A stretch of 64,000 nt of DNA from a virus (lineage: Duplodnaviria; Caudoviricetes), in IMG/VR virus record IMGVR_UViG_3300050336_000030. One strand, 5' to 3'. A program made the position numbers and the translations under genes. Positions 40,964 to 51,185 of the stretch are shown here, piece after piece (positions within the stretch are counted from its first letter, which is position 1; each line of letters opens with the position of its first letter). Under the pieces are notes generated by a model that searched no databases, was not told the DNA's origin, and saw only the letters and a list, made by a program, of their open reading frames with translations.

Positions 40964-43000
40964 ATATTAGAAATACTATATTATTATTTTAATTTTGAAT
41001 CCTTATTGGCGTTTTTGCTACTGGTGGTACTATTTCATTTTTTTAAAATCAAAAAAAATCTCACGCGCGATAACACCTTCATTATGTAATCATGGTTGTG
41101 AGCCATTTTTATTATCTAGGTATAGTATTTAACATTTTAAAGATTTTATACGCTCTAAAGAATGATTAGAAATAAATAAGCATTCATTTTGGTTATGTTA
41201 TAGGTGTAATTTTAAACTATTGGATTAAATTTGAGTTTTAAGGGGTTGTTTTCTATTTTTAGTGGTGAGGTATATTAATTATCCTTAAAAGGATTTAAAT
41301 TGAAATTTGGGTTCATTTTCTGTGATTTAATACATAGATTACTAATTTTGGTGATGTGAGTATGTGGAGAGTTTAATTTCTAAGAGAATAGTGCATTGAT
41401 TCTTATGTTTATGAGCTAAATTTGATTTATCATTCTTGGAAGTGTTTCATATTGATAATATCAATGTTTATTTCTTTGTATATAAGTCATAGAGGCTCTA
41501 AAATGGTTTAGGTGGGTATTTTATTGTCTGTATAGGTAAAATCGATTCTAGGGTTGATTATAATTAAATTTTATAAGAAAAAGGTAATTTAATAAGTGGG
41601 TTATATATGGAACGGATGGTATATTGGATTGGGGAGTGAGTGTTATATGTAAAATATACTCCCTACTTCGATATGCTTCGGTGATGGTACATAGAAAATG
41701 TGGTGTAATGGCTGATTTTATGCGTGTTTAAGAGTATTATTGGATTAATTTTATGATGTGATTTATGATCAATCTGGTGCCATTTTAATGATTTTGGGTG
41801 TTGTTCGGGAGAATACAGTGTTTATAAGGGGTTGAGCGAGATTTGGGTTAGGATAATGGTAAGATAGGAGAGTAAATGATTTATATTTATGCAATTTTAC
41901 TAGTGGGCTAAAGTCGCTATTTTACTAGATTTGATTGGGATGGGTGAGGAGGAGTGTCGAACATGGTGCCGAAGGTTATTGTGATATTGCACAAATGGCT
42001 GAAAGTGGCTTAAATACTGGGGTTTCGACGTTTCAAAAGATTTGGGACGTGGAGATGGAACAGATAGGGCACTTTTTCTTTCTGGAAGCTTGCTCTAAAA
42101 TGTAAATATACCCCGGTCTAAGAATAAAATAATATGCCATAAAAGTATAGTATTATTGCATATTATCGAGTAAATATTGACTTTTGTTGAAAAAGTGTAA
42201 TTTTATATAGGTGAATCAATCAGGAATGATATAAATTTGATGTAAGAGATACTATAAATAATGACCACACTGGTCATATATCGGAGTTCGATATATTGAT
42301 TCTTTTTGACTAAATAATAAATTTTAGTCAGTATAATGAAATGGTACAATATTCACATTTTTAACTCTACCATAATCTATCAATCTCTTTATATATCACA
42401 TATCTATAATCATATCGCAATAGAAATATGACAATAGTATTATTTTCACCAACTTATAATATTATCTGTATAATCATACAGTTAATTTGCATATTTATAA
42501 TATGCTTTATATTGACTAGATTGCTAATTTCAGTCAATAAAATATTCATATTAGAAACATATTGTCACTGTATAAATTATCATATTGTATCTATAAATAT
42601 ACGTTATCATTTCATCCATAAATCAGCTCTATTAATCTTACTATTTAGTATTACATAGTAGAATATCAATCTATCATATTAACAATTCATTACTAAGTAT
42701 AAATGAGTACTAAATAAATCATCCCAATACCAGCTCTATTCACCTGATCACGTCCATTCATTTCCATTATATAATCAGGTCACACATATGCACCTTTATA
42801 ACCTCGTATACGTCTCATATAGCTATTCTATTATTCACACGATATCTAATACCTAAATTCATTTATAATCGATTCTAAGCCATACCATATATGGCGTATA
42901 AATCTATCTATATCAACCATTAACCACTACATATAGTATCCAACCATCGCATAATATAATTAGTATTTCCTGATACCATTTATCAAATAATCATTAAAAA
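40964..43000. other. Long non-coding spacer between divergent genome arms
   Basis: No credible ORFs; G/T-rich to ~42100 and C/A-rich from ~42350. Confidence 0.6.
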
Positions 43001-43004
43001 AGTT

Positions 43005-43054
43005 ATATGAAACGATAAAAAGGTATTGCAATAGTGATAGATATATGATACAAT
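43005..43054 (+). promoter_or_regulatory. sigmaA-type early promoter with ATATGAAAC box
   Basis: TTGCAA(43026)-17-TACAAT(43049) with extended TG. Confidence 0.6.
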
Positions 43055-43084
43055 AAAGATAGTTAAAGAAGAGGTAATCAATAA

Positions 43085-43131
43085 GGACTTTATGAACGGC
43101 ATACAATAGGATTCAAGTTCCTATAAGTCCA
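43085..43131 (+). ncRNA. tRNA-like element lacking an anticodon arm
   Basis: GGACTT/AAGTCC; TATG-AACGG-CATA; ATAGGA-TTCAAGT-TCCTAT (canonical 7-nt T-loop). Confidence 0.5.
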
Positions 43132-43267
43132 CTCTAGGTTATAAAGTAGTAACCATACAATTAGAACGGATAGACAACGAGCGGACGGAATCACCTGTCA
43201 TAACGGTATGACTTACATAACCAAATTGAACGGCGGACACAATTACATAGAGATAGGAGGTGATACC

Positions 43268-43372
43268 ATGTATAACACTTCATTTGGTTTCCTTGCATAC
43301 GTTAACGGCAAATTAATGTTGTTTGCAAGCGAAGAAGAATACGAAGAATACATACAGGATAGCACCACCTAG
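43268..43372 (+). CDS. Small 34-aa protein
   Basis: Perfect SD AGGAGGTGAT; MYNTSFGFLAYVNGKLMLFASEEEYEEYIQDSTT. Confidence 0.7.
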   Translation: MYNTSFGFLAYVNGKLMLFASEEEYEEYIQDSTT

Positions 43373-43809
43373 TAACATCTTAAACCGACATAAAGTATTA
43401 GTCAACTAGTTTCTGATAATACGATTCATAGTAACTATAATAATAAGTCCTTAAAGTAATAATGGCACTTGGACGTTGAAAACTTCATCCATTCTGAAAT
43501 AGTGGTAACACATTATTCGCACATATAAATTAATGTGCATGGCTCTAGCTCTAATGTGTATGGTAACTATAAAACGTGTGAATCGTTTGTGTAAGTCGGG
43601 TAAATAACAGTTATATAAAACAAATACAGTAAAACAGTAATACAATGTATTTATACAATGCTAACAACTTATAACTGAAATAATCTAGGATAGCTGGATA
43701 CGAGTAGGATATACACGAAAGTATAGAGCATAAAACGAATAGCAAAAATTAATTGTTATGACTTGTTAGTATTCATATTTACATTGGAACTATAAACATT
43801 AATAAATTT

Positions 43810-44013
43810 ATGGAGGTAAACAGTATGGATAATTTAAGAATCTACAAATTAGCATATGAAAGACTATTACAGGAGTTAACTTTTGAGAAAAGCAAGCCAC
43901 AAACTGAATTAGTAAAGAACAAAGTTATTGAACTTGATAACGAGGTTATATGGCTTGATGAACAGATTAAAAAACTAGAATACGAGAAAAGTTTAGAATT
44001 TTGGTACAAATAA
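43810..44013 (+). CDS. Hypothetical early protein
   Basis: ORF; probable start at ATG 43825 after GGAGGT. Confidence 0.6.
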   Translation: MEVNSMDNLRIYKLAYERLLQELTFEKSKPQTELVKNKVIELDNEVIWLDEQIKKLEYEKSLEFWYK

Positions 44014-44028
44014 ATCTAACATTTTATA

Positions 44029-44271
44029 GTGATTATAGGAGGAAATAACATGGTAAAAAGAATTGAAACTAGGCTAAATTGTATGATTGATTGGTTAGAA
44101 AAGGAATCTATTGAGTATTCAAGAGAAGAGTTTAAAAAAGATGTTGAAAGAATGCAAGATGCAATAAATGAAGCATTATTCATTGATTTAATAACAGATA
44201 AGCAGTATTCAGAACTTACAGAATTAGTTAAAACAAAGTCTATTAAGTATTTTTTAAATAAATCAAATTAA
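44029..44271 (+). CDS. Hypothetical early protein
   Basis: ORF; probable start at ATG 44050 after AGGAGG. Confidence 0.6.
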   Translation: MIIGGNNMVKRIETRLNCMIDWLEKESIEYSREEFKKDVERMQDAINEALFIDLITDKQYSELTELVKTKSIKYFLNKSN

Positions 44272-44274
44272 GAA

Positions 44275-44344
44275 TTTATATGCAGAGTGGCAGAGGATAA
44301 AACCTCTGTTAATGCACTAGCTAAACGGTCACAAGTCCGATAAA
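44275..44344 (+). ncRNA. Twister ribozyme, P5-type permutation
   Basis: TTTAT..TGCA GA GTGG CAGAGG ataaaa CCTCTG TTAA TGCA..CGG TCACAAGT CCG ATAAA; P1, P2, P4, P5 and T1 all pair. Confidence 0.75.
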
Positions 44345-44376
44345 CAAGGCACTACCATATTATAGGAGGTTGTACA

Positions 44377-45114
44377 ATGGCAAGTATAGATTTTATAAGT
44401 AAACGTATCCAAGGTAAACAAAAGGAAATTGACAAATTAAATAAGAAGCTTGAAAGAATTCAGAAAGCTAAACAATCTAATTGGGAAAAGAACCCTTATT
44501 ACTATAGCGAATATGATTTAAACAGTACAGAAAAGGAATTGAATTTTGCAATTAAACAGCTTGATAGTTTGCAATCTGATTTACAAACAGCAAACGAAAA
44601 AGCAAATAGCCGTAATGTATTAGCAATAACTCAATTTTTAGATGCTTGGTTACAAAGAAATATAGAATTCTACACAGAGGAAAAGGAAAAATATGATATA
44701 GCTTTATCTGACTACCGGCAGCATGATAGAGATTACTGTAATTGGTTTAATTCACTAAGACATAATGTAACGGTAGAGAAAAGAAAAGAAGTAGAAAAGA
44801 ATCACAAAGAGTATAGAACTAATTTTATTAAATCTTGGAATACACAATTTGACCACGGAACTAAAGAATGGCATGAAACAATGCATAACGATTTAAAAGA
44901 GGAATACAATCGTAAATACGATTATATAATCGAAAAGACAAACGAAATAGTAGGCGAAATTACAGACGCAAGCTATTTAACAGTAGACGCAAACGGAAAT
45001 TTAAACGGCTACATTATAGGAACAAGAGGAAAAGCAAACGTCAATACAATCGGTGCAGGTGGTTACAATATACAATGTTATCATTTCAGAACGCTAATTC
45101 ATGAAATTAAATAA
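44377..45114 (+). CDS. Conserved phage coiled-coil protein
   Basis: C-terminal [24 protein letters not shown]; strong SD. Confidence 0.7.
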   Translation: MASIDFISKRIQGKQKEIDKLNKKLERIQKAKQSNWEKNPYYYSEYDLNSTEKELNFAIKQLDSLQSDLQTANEKANSRNVLAITQFLDAWLQRNIEFYTEEKEKYDIALSDYRQHDRDYCNWFNSLRHNVTVEKRKEVEKNHKEYRTNFIKSWNTQFDHGTKEWHETMHNDLKEEYNRKYDYIIEKTNEIVGEITDASYLTVDANGNLNGYIIGTRGKANVNTIGAGGYNIQCYHFRTLIHEIK

Positions 45115-45169
45115 CAAAAGTAGTAATCAAACAATTATTTTATTCATAGTAAAGGAGAAATGAAACATT

Positions 45170-45427
45170 ATGATTAATATTGATACATGGGTTAGAGGAT
45201 ATAAAGTAAGGGCTTTTAATTGGGTAGATAACAATAGTATATATTTTAATGTACAATATTTTCAATCTGGTCAATCAATTAGTAAACCTCCTGTTTGGGA
45301 TAAAACAGTATATATTACAGATAATGAGGCTGGACAAAAGCTTATAAGAGAATTTTTAGATTCATTAGTTGAACATGTTGCAAAAATGCAAATTATAAAT
45401 GGTAATAAAGTAGTAATAACAGCATAG
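45170..45427 (+). CDS. Hypothetical protein
   Basis: 85 aa ORF with SD. Confidence 0.6.
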   Translation: MINIDTWVRGYKVRAFNWVDNNSIYFNVQYFQSGQSISKPPVWDKTVYITDNEAGQKLIREFLDSLVEHVAKMQIINGNKVVITA

Positions 45428-45481
45428 AAAGTGCATTTTATGAAGTATAAGCAATATAAAACAATAACAGGAGGTAACACG

Positions 45482-45646
45482 ATGTTATCATATGAAGAGA
45501 TCAATAAGAATCAAAAGGAAGACAAAAATTATATTGCAATCGGTGACAATGGAAAAGAATATACAGCTTCATGGGTAGTAAAATATCCGGCAATGTTTTT
45601 CTGTATTCCGTCAACCGTTGAAGTTATCGGTTATAAAGAAGCATAA
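45482..45646 (+). CDS. Hypothetical protein
   Basis: ATG after SD GGAGGT (MLSYEEINK..). Confidence 0.55.
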   Translation: MLSYEEINKNQKEDKNYIAIGDNGKEYTASWVVKYPAMFFCIPSTVEVIGYKEA

Positions 45647-45756
45647 CTATTTAATATTTATATGTGCTTACAAGATATATAAAACGGCTTGTAAGTAGTT
45701 ATAAAGATTAAATGTAACTAATAAACAATCATATTAAATTATAGGAGGATTTTACA

Positions 45757-47475
45757 ATGATGAAAGATATTAACGGAATCGAATTACAAGAAGGTATGTT
45801 TTTAAAACTAACAGGATGTAAAGTAAAAAATGATAACAGTATTTATATTATAGCAGTAGATCAAAATACAAATGAGCAGTATACAAAAAGTAATTGCTAC
45901 ATTTTACACAAGGTAAACGCAAACGGAACAGAATCAAAAGCAAAATACAACTTATTATTTATTGATAAATGGTTATTTGAAAAGAATCCAGAGGTTAAGA
46001 TTGAAGTTGTAACAGATTTAAAACAGGCAGCAAAGGAAGTAAAAGAGTTTTTAAATGGTGTAATATCAATTGAAAAAGTTTATTCGTTTATTGATGCAGA
46101 TAATCAAACACTTAAAACATTAACAGCCGGACAGTATATCACATTTAAAAAACGCTTGCATTTACAAGGTAGAATGTATTCATTTTCAGGAACATATAAA
46201 CTAGATCATATTAGCAATCATGGAGAAAATATCTATAGTTTACATTTAGTTGGGGCAAAGGGTGAAACGGTATCATATAACGACAATAATAATTATCAGG
46301 GCAGACCTATTGTATTAAGTTTTAAAGAAAAATTAATGAATCAACTTTTTAATGAAGAATATGTAACAATTCAAGAACGCACAGAAACAACAAAAGGAGA
46401 ATTGCAAAAGGCAACAAAGGAAGAAATCAAAGACGAAGTAATAACAGAGCAGCCAAAAACAGTAACTGAAACTATTCCAGAAGTTGAAACAGCAACAGAA
46501 GAAGTTACAGAGAATAATACACAGCAAGAAGAAACAGCGGAACAAAATGAAGTTATAATAGTAGAAAGAAAGTATTTCCCTATTAATGAACAACTTGCAA
46601 AGTCAGCAAAAGGTATGTGGAGTTTTTCGGATTATACTCCAAACAGTACAACAAACAGCTATAAAAAATCAGTAGATGAAATATACGCCATTGTTGATAA
46701 AATAGCAGAACGAAAGCCGTCAAGAATATCAGAAGCCGAAACAATAGCAGAAAAATACTCTCGTAAATATGCAGAATGGATCAATAAAAGCAATCATATT
46801 GAAATGATGTGTCCCTCAGTTATGATATGTGGAGGATCAAATTTTCCGGTTAGAAAGAAAGAAAAACAGAATAGGGCAAGAGATAATCACCAGAAAGAAT
46901 TTGAGTATATTAACGGTTATATTTCAAAATTAGAAAATATATTAAACGGTAACGAAGTTATTAAGAGTGGAGACGCTGACGCAATCGAAAAATTACAAGA
47001 AAAATTAAAACAGTTTGAAGAACTACAAGAGACAATGAAACAAGTAAACGCATATTATCGTAAAAATGGATCTCTTGACGGATGTACGCTAATTAGTCAA
47101 AAAACCATTAACAGTATTAAGGATTTAATGATTAGAATTCCATATCATACGCAGCCATTTGCTAGTTATGAATTGACTAATAATAACGCAAGTATCAAAA
47201 ACACCAAACAGCGTTTAGAATCATTGCAGAAAGTAAAGGAAATAGGCACAAAGGAAACAATAAAAACGGAAGTTTGTCAAGTGGTAGAGAATAGCGAATT
47301 GATGCGTATTCAATTATTATTTGATAGTATTCCAGATGCAGAAACACGAAACATTTTAAAATCTAATGGTTTTAAATGGAGTCCAACAAATAAGGCATGG
47401 CAGCGACAATTGACCGATAATGCAAGATATAGCACAAAGAAAGTAATAGAACAATTAGAAAAACTATCAGCGTAA
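45757..47475 (+). CDS. Multidomain early protein with a DUF3560-like C-terminal half
   Basis: PSVMICGGSNFP, IKSGDADAIEKLQEKL, RIQLLFDSIPD..LKSNGFKWSPTNKAWQR; E/T-rich linker. Confidence 0.6.
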   Translation: MMKDINGIELQEGMFLKLTGCKVKNDNSIYIIAVDQNTNEQYTKSNCYILHKVNANGTESKAKYNLLFIDKWLFEKNPEVKIEVVTDLKQAAKEVKEFLNGVISIEKVYSFIDADNQTLKTLTAGQYITFKKRLHLQGRMYSFSGTYKLDHISNHGENIYSLHLVGAKGETVSYNDNNNYQGRPIVLSFKEKLMNQLFNEEYVTIQERTETTKGELQKATKEEIKDEVITEQPKTVTETIPEVETATEEVTENNTQQEETAEQNEVIIVERKYFPINEQLAKSAKGMWSFSDYTPNSTTNSYKKSVDEIYAIVDKIAERKPSRISEAETIAEKYSRKYAEWINKSNHIEMMCPSVMICGGSNFPVRKKEKQNRARDNHQKEFEYINGYISKLENILNGNEVIKSGDADAIEKLQEKLKQFEELQETMKQVNAYYRKNGSLDGCTLISQKTINSIKDLMIRIPYHTQPFASYELTNNNASIKNTKQRLESLQKVKEIGTKETIKTEVCQVVENSELMRIQLLFDSIPDAETRNILKSNGFKWSPTNKAWQRQLTDNARYSTKKVIEQLEKLSA

Positions 47476-47573
47476 CAAGATAATATATCATGCACATTAT
47501 AGTTTTATACGTGTTATAATGTGCATGAATAAGTGTTAAAACAACAATTACATATAAATGGAGGTATGAAACT

Positions 47574-47900
47574 ATGAAAAGATTATTTAAGAAAAACACA
47601 TGTTTTAACTGGAGCGAGATCAAGATTATTGATACCGAGGAAAACACATTTACACAGTATTTACAAGATAACGAAATTGGATTTATTTTCTCTAAATCAA
47701 CAGACACACTTGAAAAAATGTTTTATTCATCGGCAGATGATTGTATTAAGAGATTAACAGAACGTGGTATTCTAGGAACGGAAGTAGACTATGAACAACA
47801 AATTGAATCAGAAAGAATCGGTCAGATAAGGTTGAAATCAGAGCAAGAAAGAATTAAAAAGAATCCGTTAGAATATAAACAGCGTATAGCCGCATTGTAG
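47574..47900 (+). CDS. Hypothetical protein
   Basis: 108 aa ORF with SD GGAGGT. Confidence 0.6.
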   Translation: MKRLFKKNTCFNWSEIKIIDTEENTFTQYLQDNEIGFIFSKSTDTLEKMFYSSADDCIKRLTERGILGTEVDYEQQIESERIGQIRLKSEQERIKKNPLEYKQRIAAL

Positions 47901-47919
47901 GGAAAGAGAGGTAAACAGA

Positions 47920-48126
47920 ATGACAGTAGAACAGACAAATAGAATTAACATTACGCTTGATAGAGCAATAGAGCAGAATAAAATTGACAATAAAACAGAT
48001 GCAGTTATAACAGAAAATAAAGACGGTTTAGCTTTACTTAATTGGAAGAATTCAAGACGAAGTTTTTGTTTTACAATATTTCAGGATGGATCAATTCATA
48101 GCGGAAAATTTGGAATGTGGCAATAA
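47920..48126 (+). CDS. Hypothetical protein
   Basis: 68 aa ORF with SD. Confidence 0.6.
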   Translation: MTVEQTNRINITLDRAIEQNKIDNKTDAVITENKDGLALLNWKNSRRSFCFTIFQDGSIHSGKFGMWQ

Positions 48127-48187
48127 AATTTTATAACTTAAAATTGTAATTTCATGTGGTGTCATAGGACACAGAAAGAAGGATATT

Positions 48188-48367
48188 ATGGAAATTAAAA
48201 TAAACGAAACTTACACATTTAATCATAAGGAAGGAAATGTATTAGAAAAATATGATGGAACACAATGTAAGATAATTAGTAAAGATAACATGCATAATGA
48301 TATGTATTTTGCAGAAATGTGTGATGGTAGAAAAATTCAAGTTTACACAAAAGAATTAAGCAGATAG
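48188..48367 (+). CDS. Hypothetical 59-aa protein
   Basis: Below the ORF-track cutoff; SD AAGGA; MEIKINETYTF..QVYTKELSR. Confidence 0.55.
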   Translation: MEIKINETYTFNHKEGNVLEKYDGTQCKIISKDNMHNDMYFAEMCDGRKIQVYTKELSR

Positions 48368-48411
48368 AAAATAGATTTTATAAGCCTTTAAAAGCTAGAA
48401 AGTAGGTTAAT

Positions 48412-48645
48412 ATGGAAATAAATTTTAATAAAAATGTTCCAAAGGAAATAGAAAAAAGAACGATTGAAAATATAGAAGTATATAAATTAAGTCTTGGAGA
48501 CGCATTTGAAGAAGCTGTAAGGGAACTTGCTAAGAAAGGTACTAAATTATGGAAAGCTTGGTATTATAGCGATTTTAGAGAATATCTTCCTGAAATATAT
48601 CGAAAAGAATATCTTGATTTTAGTAAGTATCCGTTAAAGTATTAA
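48412..48645 (+). CDS. Hypothetical protein
   Basis: 77 aa ORF. Confidence 0.55.
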   Translation: MEINFNKNVPKEIEKRTIENIEVYKLSLGDAFEEAVRELAKKGTKLWKAWYYSDFREYLPEIYRKEYLDFSKYPLKY

Positions 48646-48698
48646 TAACAAATAAATATGAACCAAAGACGGTTTTTATCAAGAAAGGAGATAATAAT

Positions 48699-48902
48699 AT
48701 GACAGTTAAACAGGCAGCGAAAGGTGTAGTGTCAAATATAGGAACAAGAACTTATGATATAGATTTTATTAACAGCGATGGTGAAGTTGATGAAACACAG
48801 TTTGATGCAAAAGGAACTGAAGAACTGAGTGAAATATATTCAGAATTCTGTAAAGAAAATGGATTTAAATCTAACACCGTTATTAGTATTACTGATGTAT
48901 AA
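48699..48902 (+). CDS. Hypothetical protein
   Basis: 67 aa ORF with SD AAAGGAG. Confidence 0.6.
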   Translation: MTVKQAAKGVVSNIGTRTYDIDFINSDGEVDETQFDAKGTEELSEIYSEFCKENGFKSNTVISITDV

Positions 48903-48959
48903 AATTATTTAATTATAATTAACATTAAAACAGGTTTTATATAGTTAGGAGTTTGGTAT

Positions 48960-49313
48960 ATGGGAGCAAATAAGGGAAAGCAAAATATTAGAATGAAAAG
49001 AGTTTGCGAAAGGGTAGCAAATAAAACAACTTATAAGGGATTAACAGAGCAGGAAGTAAAATACGTCAAAACAGTAAGGCAGCATCAACAAATAGAAAAG
49101 GATTTGAATTATTTTTATGCTACCTGTAAAAGAACAGAAACAGGTCAAGTAGACTGGGATTCAATGGACGATAAAGAACTTGATTACTTTGACTATATTT
49201 ACAAGTTATCAGAACGTTTATACAAAAGAAAATCTAATATGGAAGAAAAGTTTGACGGTGACAAGGTTATGAAAAGTTTTCTACAAATAAATAATAGGAG
49301 CATAAGTTTCTAA
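48960..49313 (+). CDS. Hypothetical protein
   Basis: 117 aa ORF with SD. Confidence 0.6.
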   Translation: MGANKGKQNIRMKRVCERVANKTTYKGLTEQEVKYVKTVRQHQQIEKDLNYFYATCKRTETGQVDWDSMDDKELDYFDYIYKLSERLYKRKSNMEEKFDGDKVMKSFLQINNRSISF

Positions 49314-49617
49314 ATAGTCAAACTAGAATCGGGAGGTAAACACAATGGAAGAAGTTAAAGAAACGTTAGATTATGACGTACTAGTAAAATGCAATAACTA
49401 AGGAGATTATACAACATAAAACCAATATTAGAATTTGAACTAAACAGAAAATACAATACAAAGCTTAACCGATATGAATTAAAAGTAAATAAAGAAAGCG
49501 TGAGATATATTAATATGAAACTAACAGAAGAACAGAAACAGCATAATATTAAAGAGGGTATAAATAAATTAGTTTCCATAGTACTAGAAAAAATAATATT
49601 AGACGGAGGACTAAACA

Positions 49618-49887
49618 ATGTTAAGCAAAATAAAAACACTTGAAACAGCAAATAATATTTATCAGTTTAGTTATAAGGTAACGGAGAAGACTACATACGA
49701 GCAGCGCCAGGAACAGAAAGAGGAATTGTTATATCAGATTAAACAGAAAGCAATAGGAGGATCACTTGTTATACTTGGTTTTATTCCTTTCTTGGCTTCT
49801 CATATGTTAATATCATTTACATTAGGGGCGATACCTCTGTTAATCGGAATAGCTTTAATATTAACAAAAGAACATGTAACAGGGTGA
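49618..49887 (+). CDS. Small two-TM membrane protein
   Basis: Two C-terminal hydrophobic segments; SD GGAGG. Confidence 0.6.
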   Translation: MLSKIKTLETANNIYQFSYKVTEKTTYEQRQEQKEELLYQIKQKAIGGSLVILGFIPFLASHMLISFTLGAIPLLIGIALILTKEHVTG

Positions 49888-49901
49888 AATTATTAATAGA
49901 A

Positions 49902-49945
49902 ATATGAAACAAATAATTGACTTTTGGATATAATAATACTACAAT
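49902..49945 (+). promoter_or_regulatory. sigmaA-type promoter with ATATGAAAC box
   Basis: ATATGAAAC at 49902; TTGACT-17-TACAAT. Confidence 0.55.
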
Positions 49946-49985
49946 ATAGGTAATAGATATATACAACATAAAGGAGACGGTAATT

Positions 49986-50435
49986 ATGATAAAAGAAATA
50001 GTAAAGAACACAGAACAACTACAAAAGAAGTGCAGAACAGCATCAGCAAAAGAAGATTTACATATCATTAAAAATTTAATTGATACCGCTAATGATGCAA
50101 ATAAACCACCGGAAACAGAAAACGATGTTCAACGTGGATGCTGTGGGTTAGCTGCGAATCAAATAGGATACGATAAACGGATTGTCATAGTATCAGTTGG
50201 AAAAGATAAATGGATTCCATTAATTAATCCAATGATTACTTTTAAATCAAAAGAACGGCATGAGTCAATCGAGGGTTGTATGTCACTTGATGGAGAAAGA
50301 ACAGTTCAAAGGCATGATACAATAAAGGTTAAATTTCAACAATCAAACGGTAAGTTTTCAGAGTTTAGATGTCATGATTTTTTAGCAACAGTAATACAAC
50401 ATGAAATTGATCATCTTGATGGAAAGTTGATATAA
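49986..50435 (+). CDS. def: Peptide deformylase
   Basis: GCCGLAANQIG, EGCMS, QHEIDHLDG. Confidence 0.92.
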   Translation: MIKEIVKNTEQLQKKCRTASAKEDLHIIKNLIDTANDANKPPETENDVQRGCCGLAANQIGYDKRIVIVSVGKDKWIPLINPMITFKSKERHESIEGCMSLDGERTVQRHDTIKVKFQQSNGKFSEFRCHDFLATVIQHEIDHLDGKLI

Positions 50436-50496
50436 TAATTAATTGAAAATGACTGGAAAATGTAGTAAGATTTAAATAAAAATATTATTACATAAG

Positions 50497-50772
50497 ATGG
50501 TAAAATTAAAGTTATTTTTAAGGATGTATATGAGAAAATATGATATTAAAACTAAAGATTTAAAGCTTATTAGAGAAATGGAAATAAAGGTATCTCTTAG
50601 AACAGCTAGTGAATCAGAAAAAATATGTGTTGAATTATATCGTAGGTTTATAGATTTAGAAAAAGATGTTGTTAAAAATCCAATTGGAACTAAGGAAGAG
50701 ATTGATAAAGAACTAGAAGAAGAAATATATAATTATGGTGGAATGCTATATATTGGAAAAATAGAAAAATAA
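50497..50772 (+). CDS. Hypothetical protein
   Basis: ORF; start uncertain. Confidence 0.5.
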   Translation: MVKLKLFLRMYMRKYDIKTKDLKLIREMEIKVSLRTASESEKICVELYRRFIDLEKDVVKNPIGTKEEIDKELEEEIYNYGGMLYIGKIEK

Positions 50773-50862
50773 AGAAAGACATATTGCCAGAGTTATTAAG
50801 TTTGCAGAATCAAATGTAATGTAAACTAATTACTTTTCTGTTTATGAAAAGAAGGTGAAAAT

Positions 50863-51126
50863 ATGATACCATGTAAGAGATGTGGACTTTGTTGCATTAT
50901 AGAATTGTGTTCAAAAGGAAGAAGAAAAGATAAAACGAAAAAGGGAAATTGTAAATATTTAATTCATAATAATGATGGAACTACATCATGTAAATTAATA
51001 CTTGAAAATAAAATGAAAAATAGCGCTATAGAATTTGAACAAGGGTGTGTTTTTCAGGAAGATTATCCGCATTTGTATGAATTTTATAGTGAAACTATTT
51101 TAGCAAATAATCAAATTAAAAGCTGA
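50863..51126 (+). CDS. CxxCxxCC Cys-cluster (YkgJ-like Zn/Fe-S) protein
   Basis: CKRCGLCC..CKYL..CKL..C. Confidence 0.6.
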   Translation: MIPCKRCGLCCIIELCSKGRRKDKTKKGNCKYLIHNNDGTTSCKLILENKMKNSAIEFEQGCVFQEDYPHLYEFYSETILANNQIKS

Positions 51127-51185
51127 ATTTGCCATAATAGGTGTAAACCAAATATTGATTCTATAAGGTGAAAGGGGAGGTTTAA

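Noticed and set aside
43085-43131. Bona fide tRNA gene
   Set aside because: No anticodon arm and only 47 nt, so it is kept as a tRNA-like element. No full tRNA was recognised in the window.
43575-43605. GTGTAAGTC resembles a twister-sister loop
   Set aside because: The closing stem is mostly G-U and the other conserved elements were not found.
49345-49643. Possible frameshifted gene between 49313 and 49618
   Set aside because: The SD+ATG frame stops after 18 codons while another frame continues; without homologs a pseudogene cannot be told from a sequencing error.
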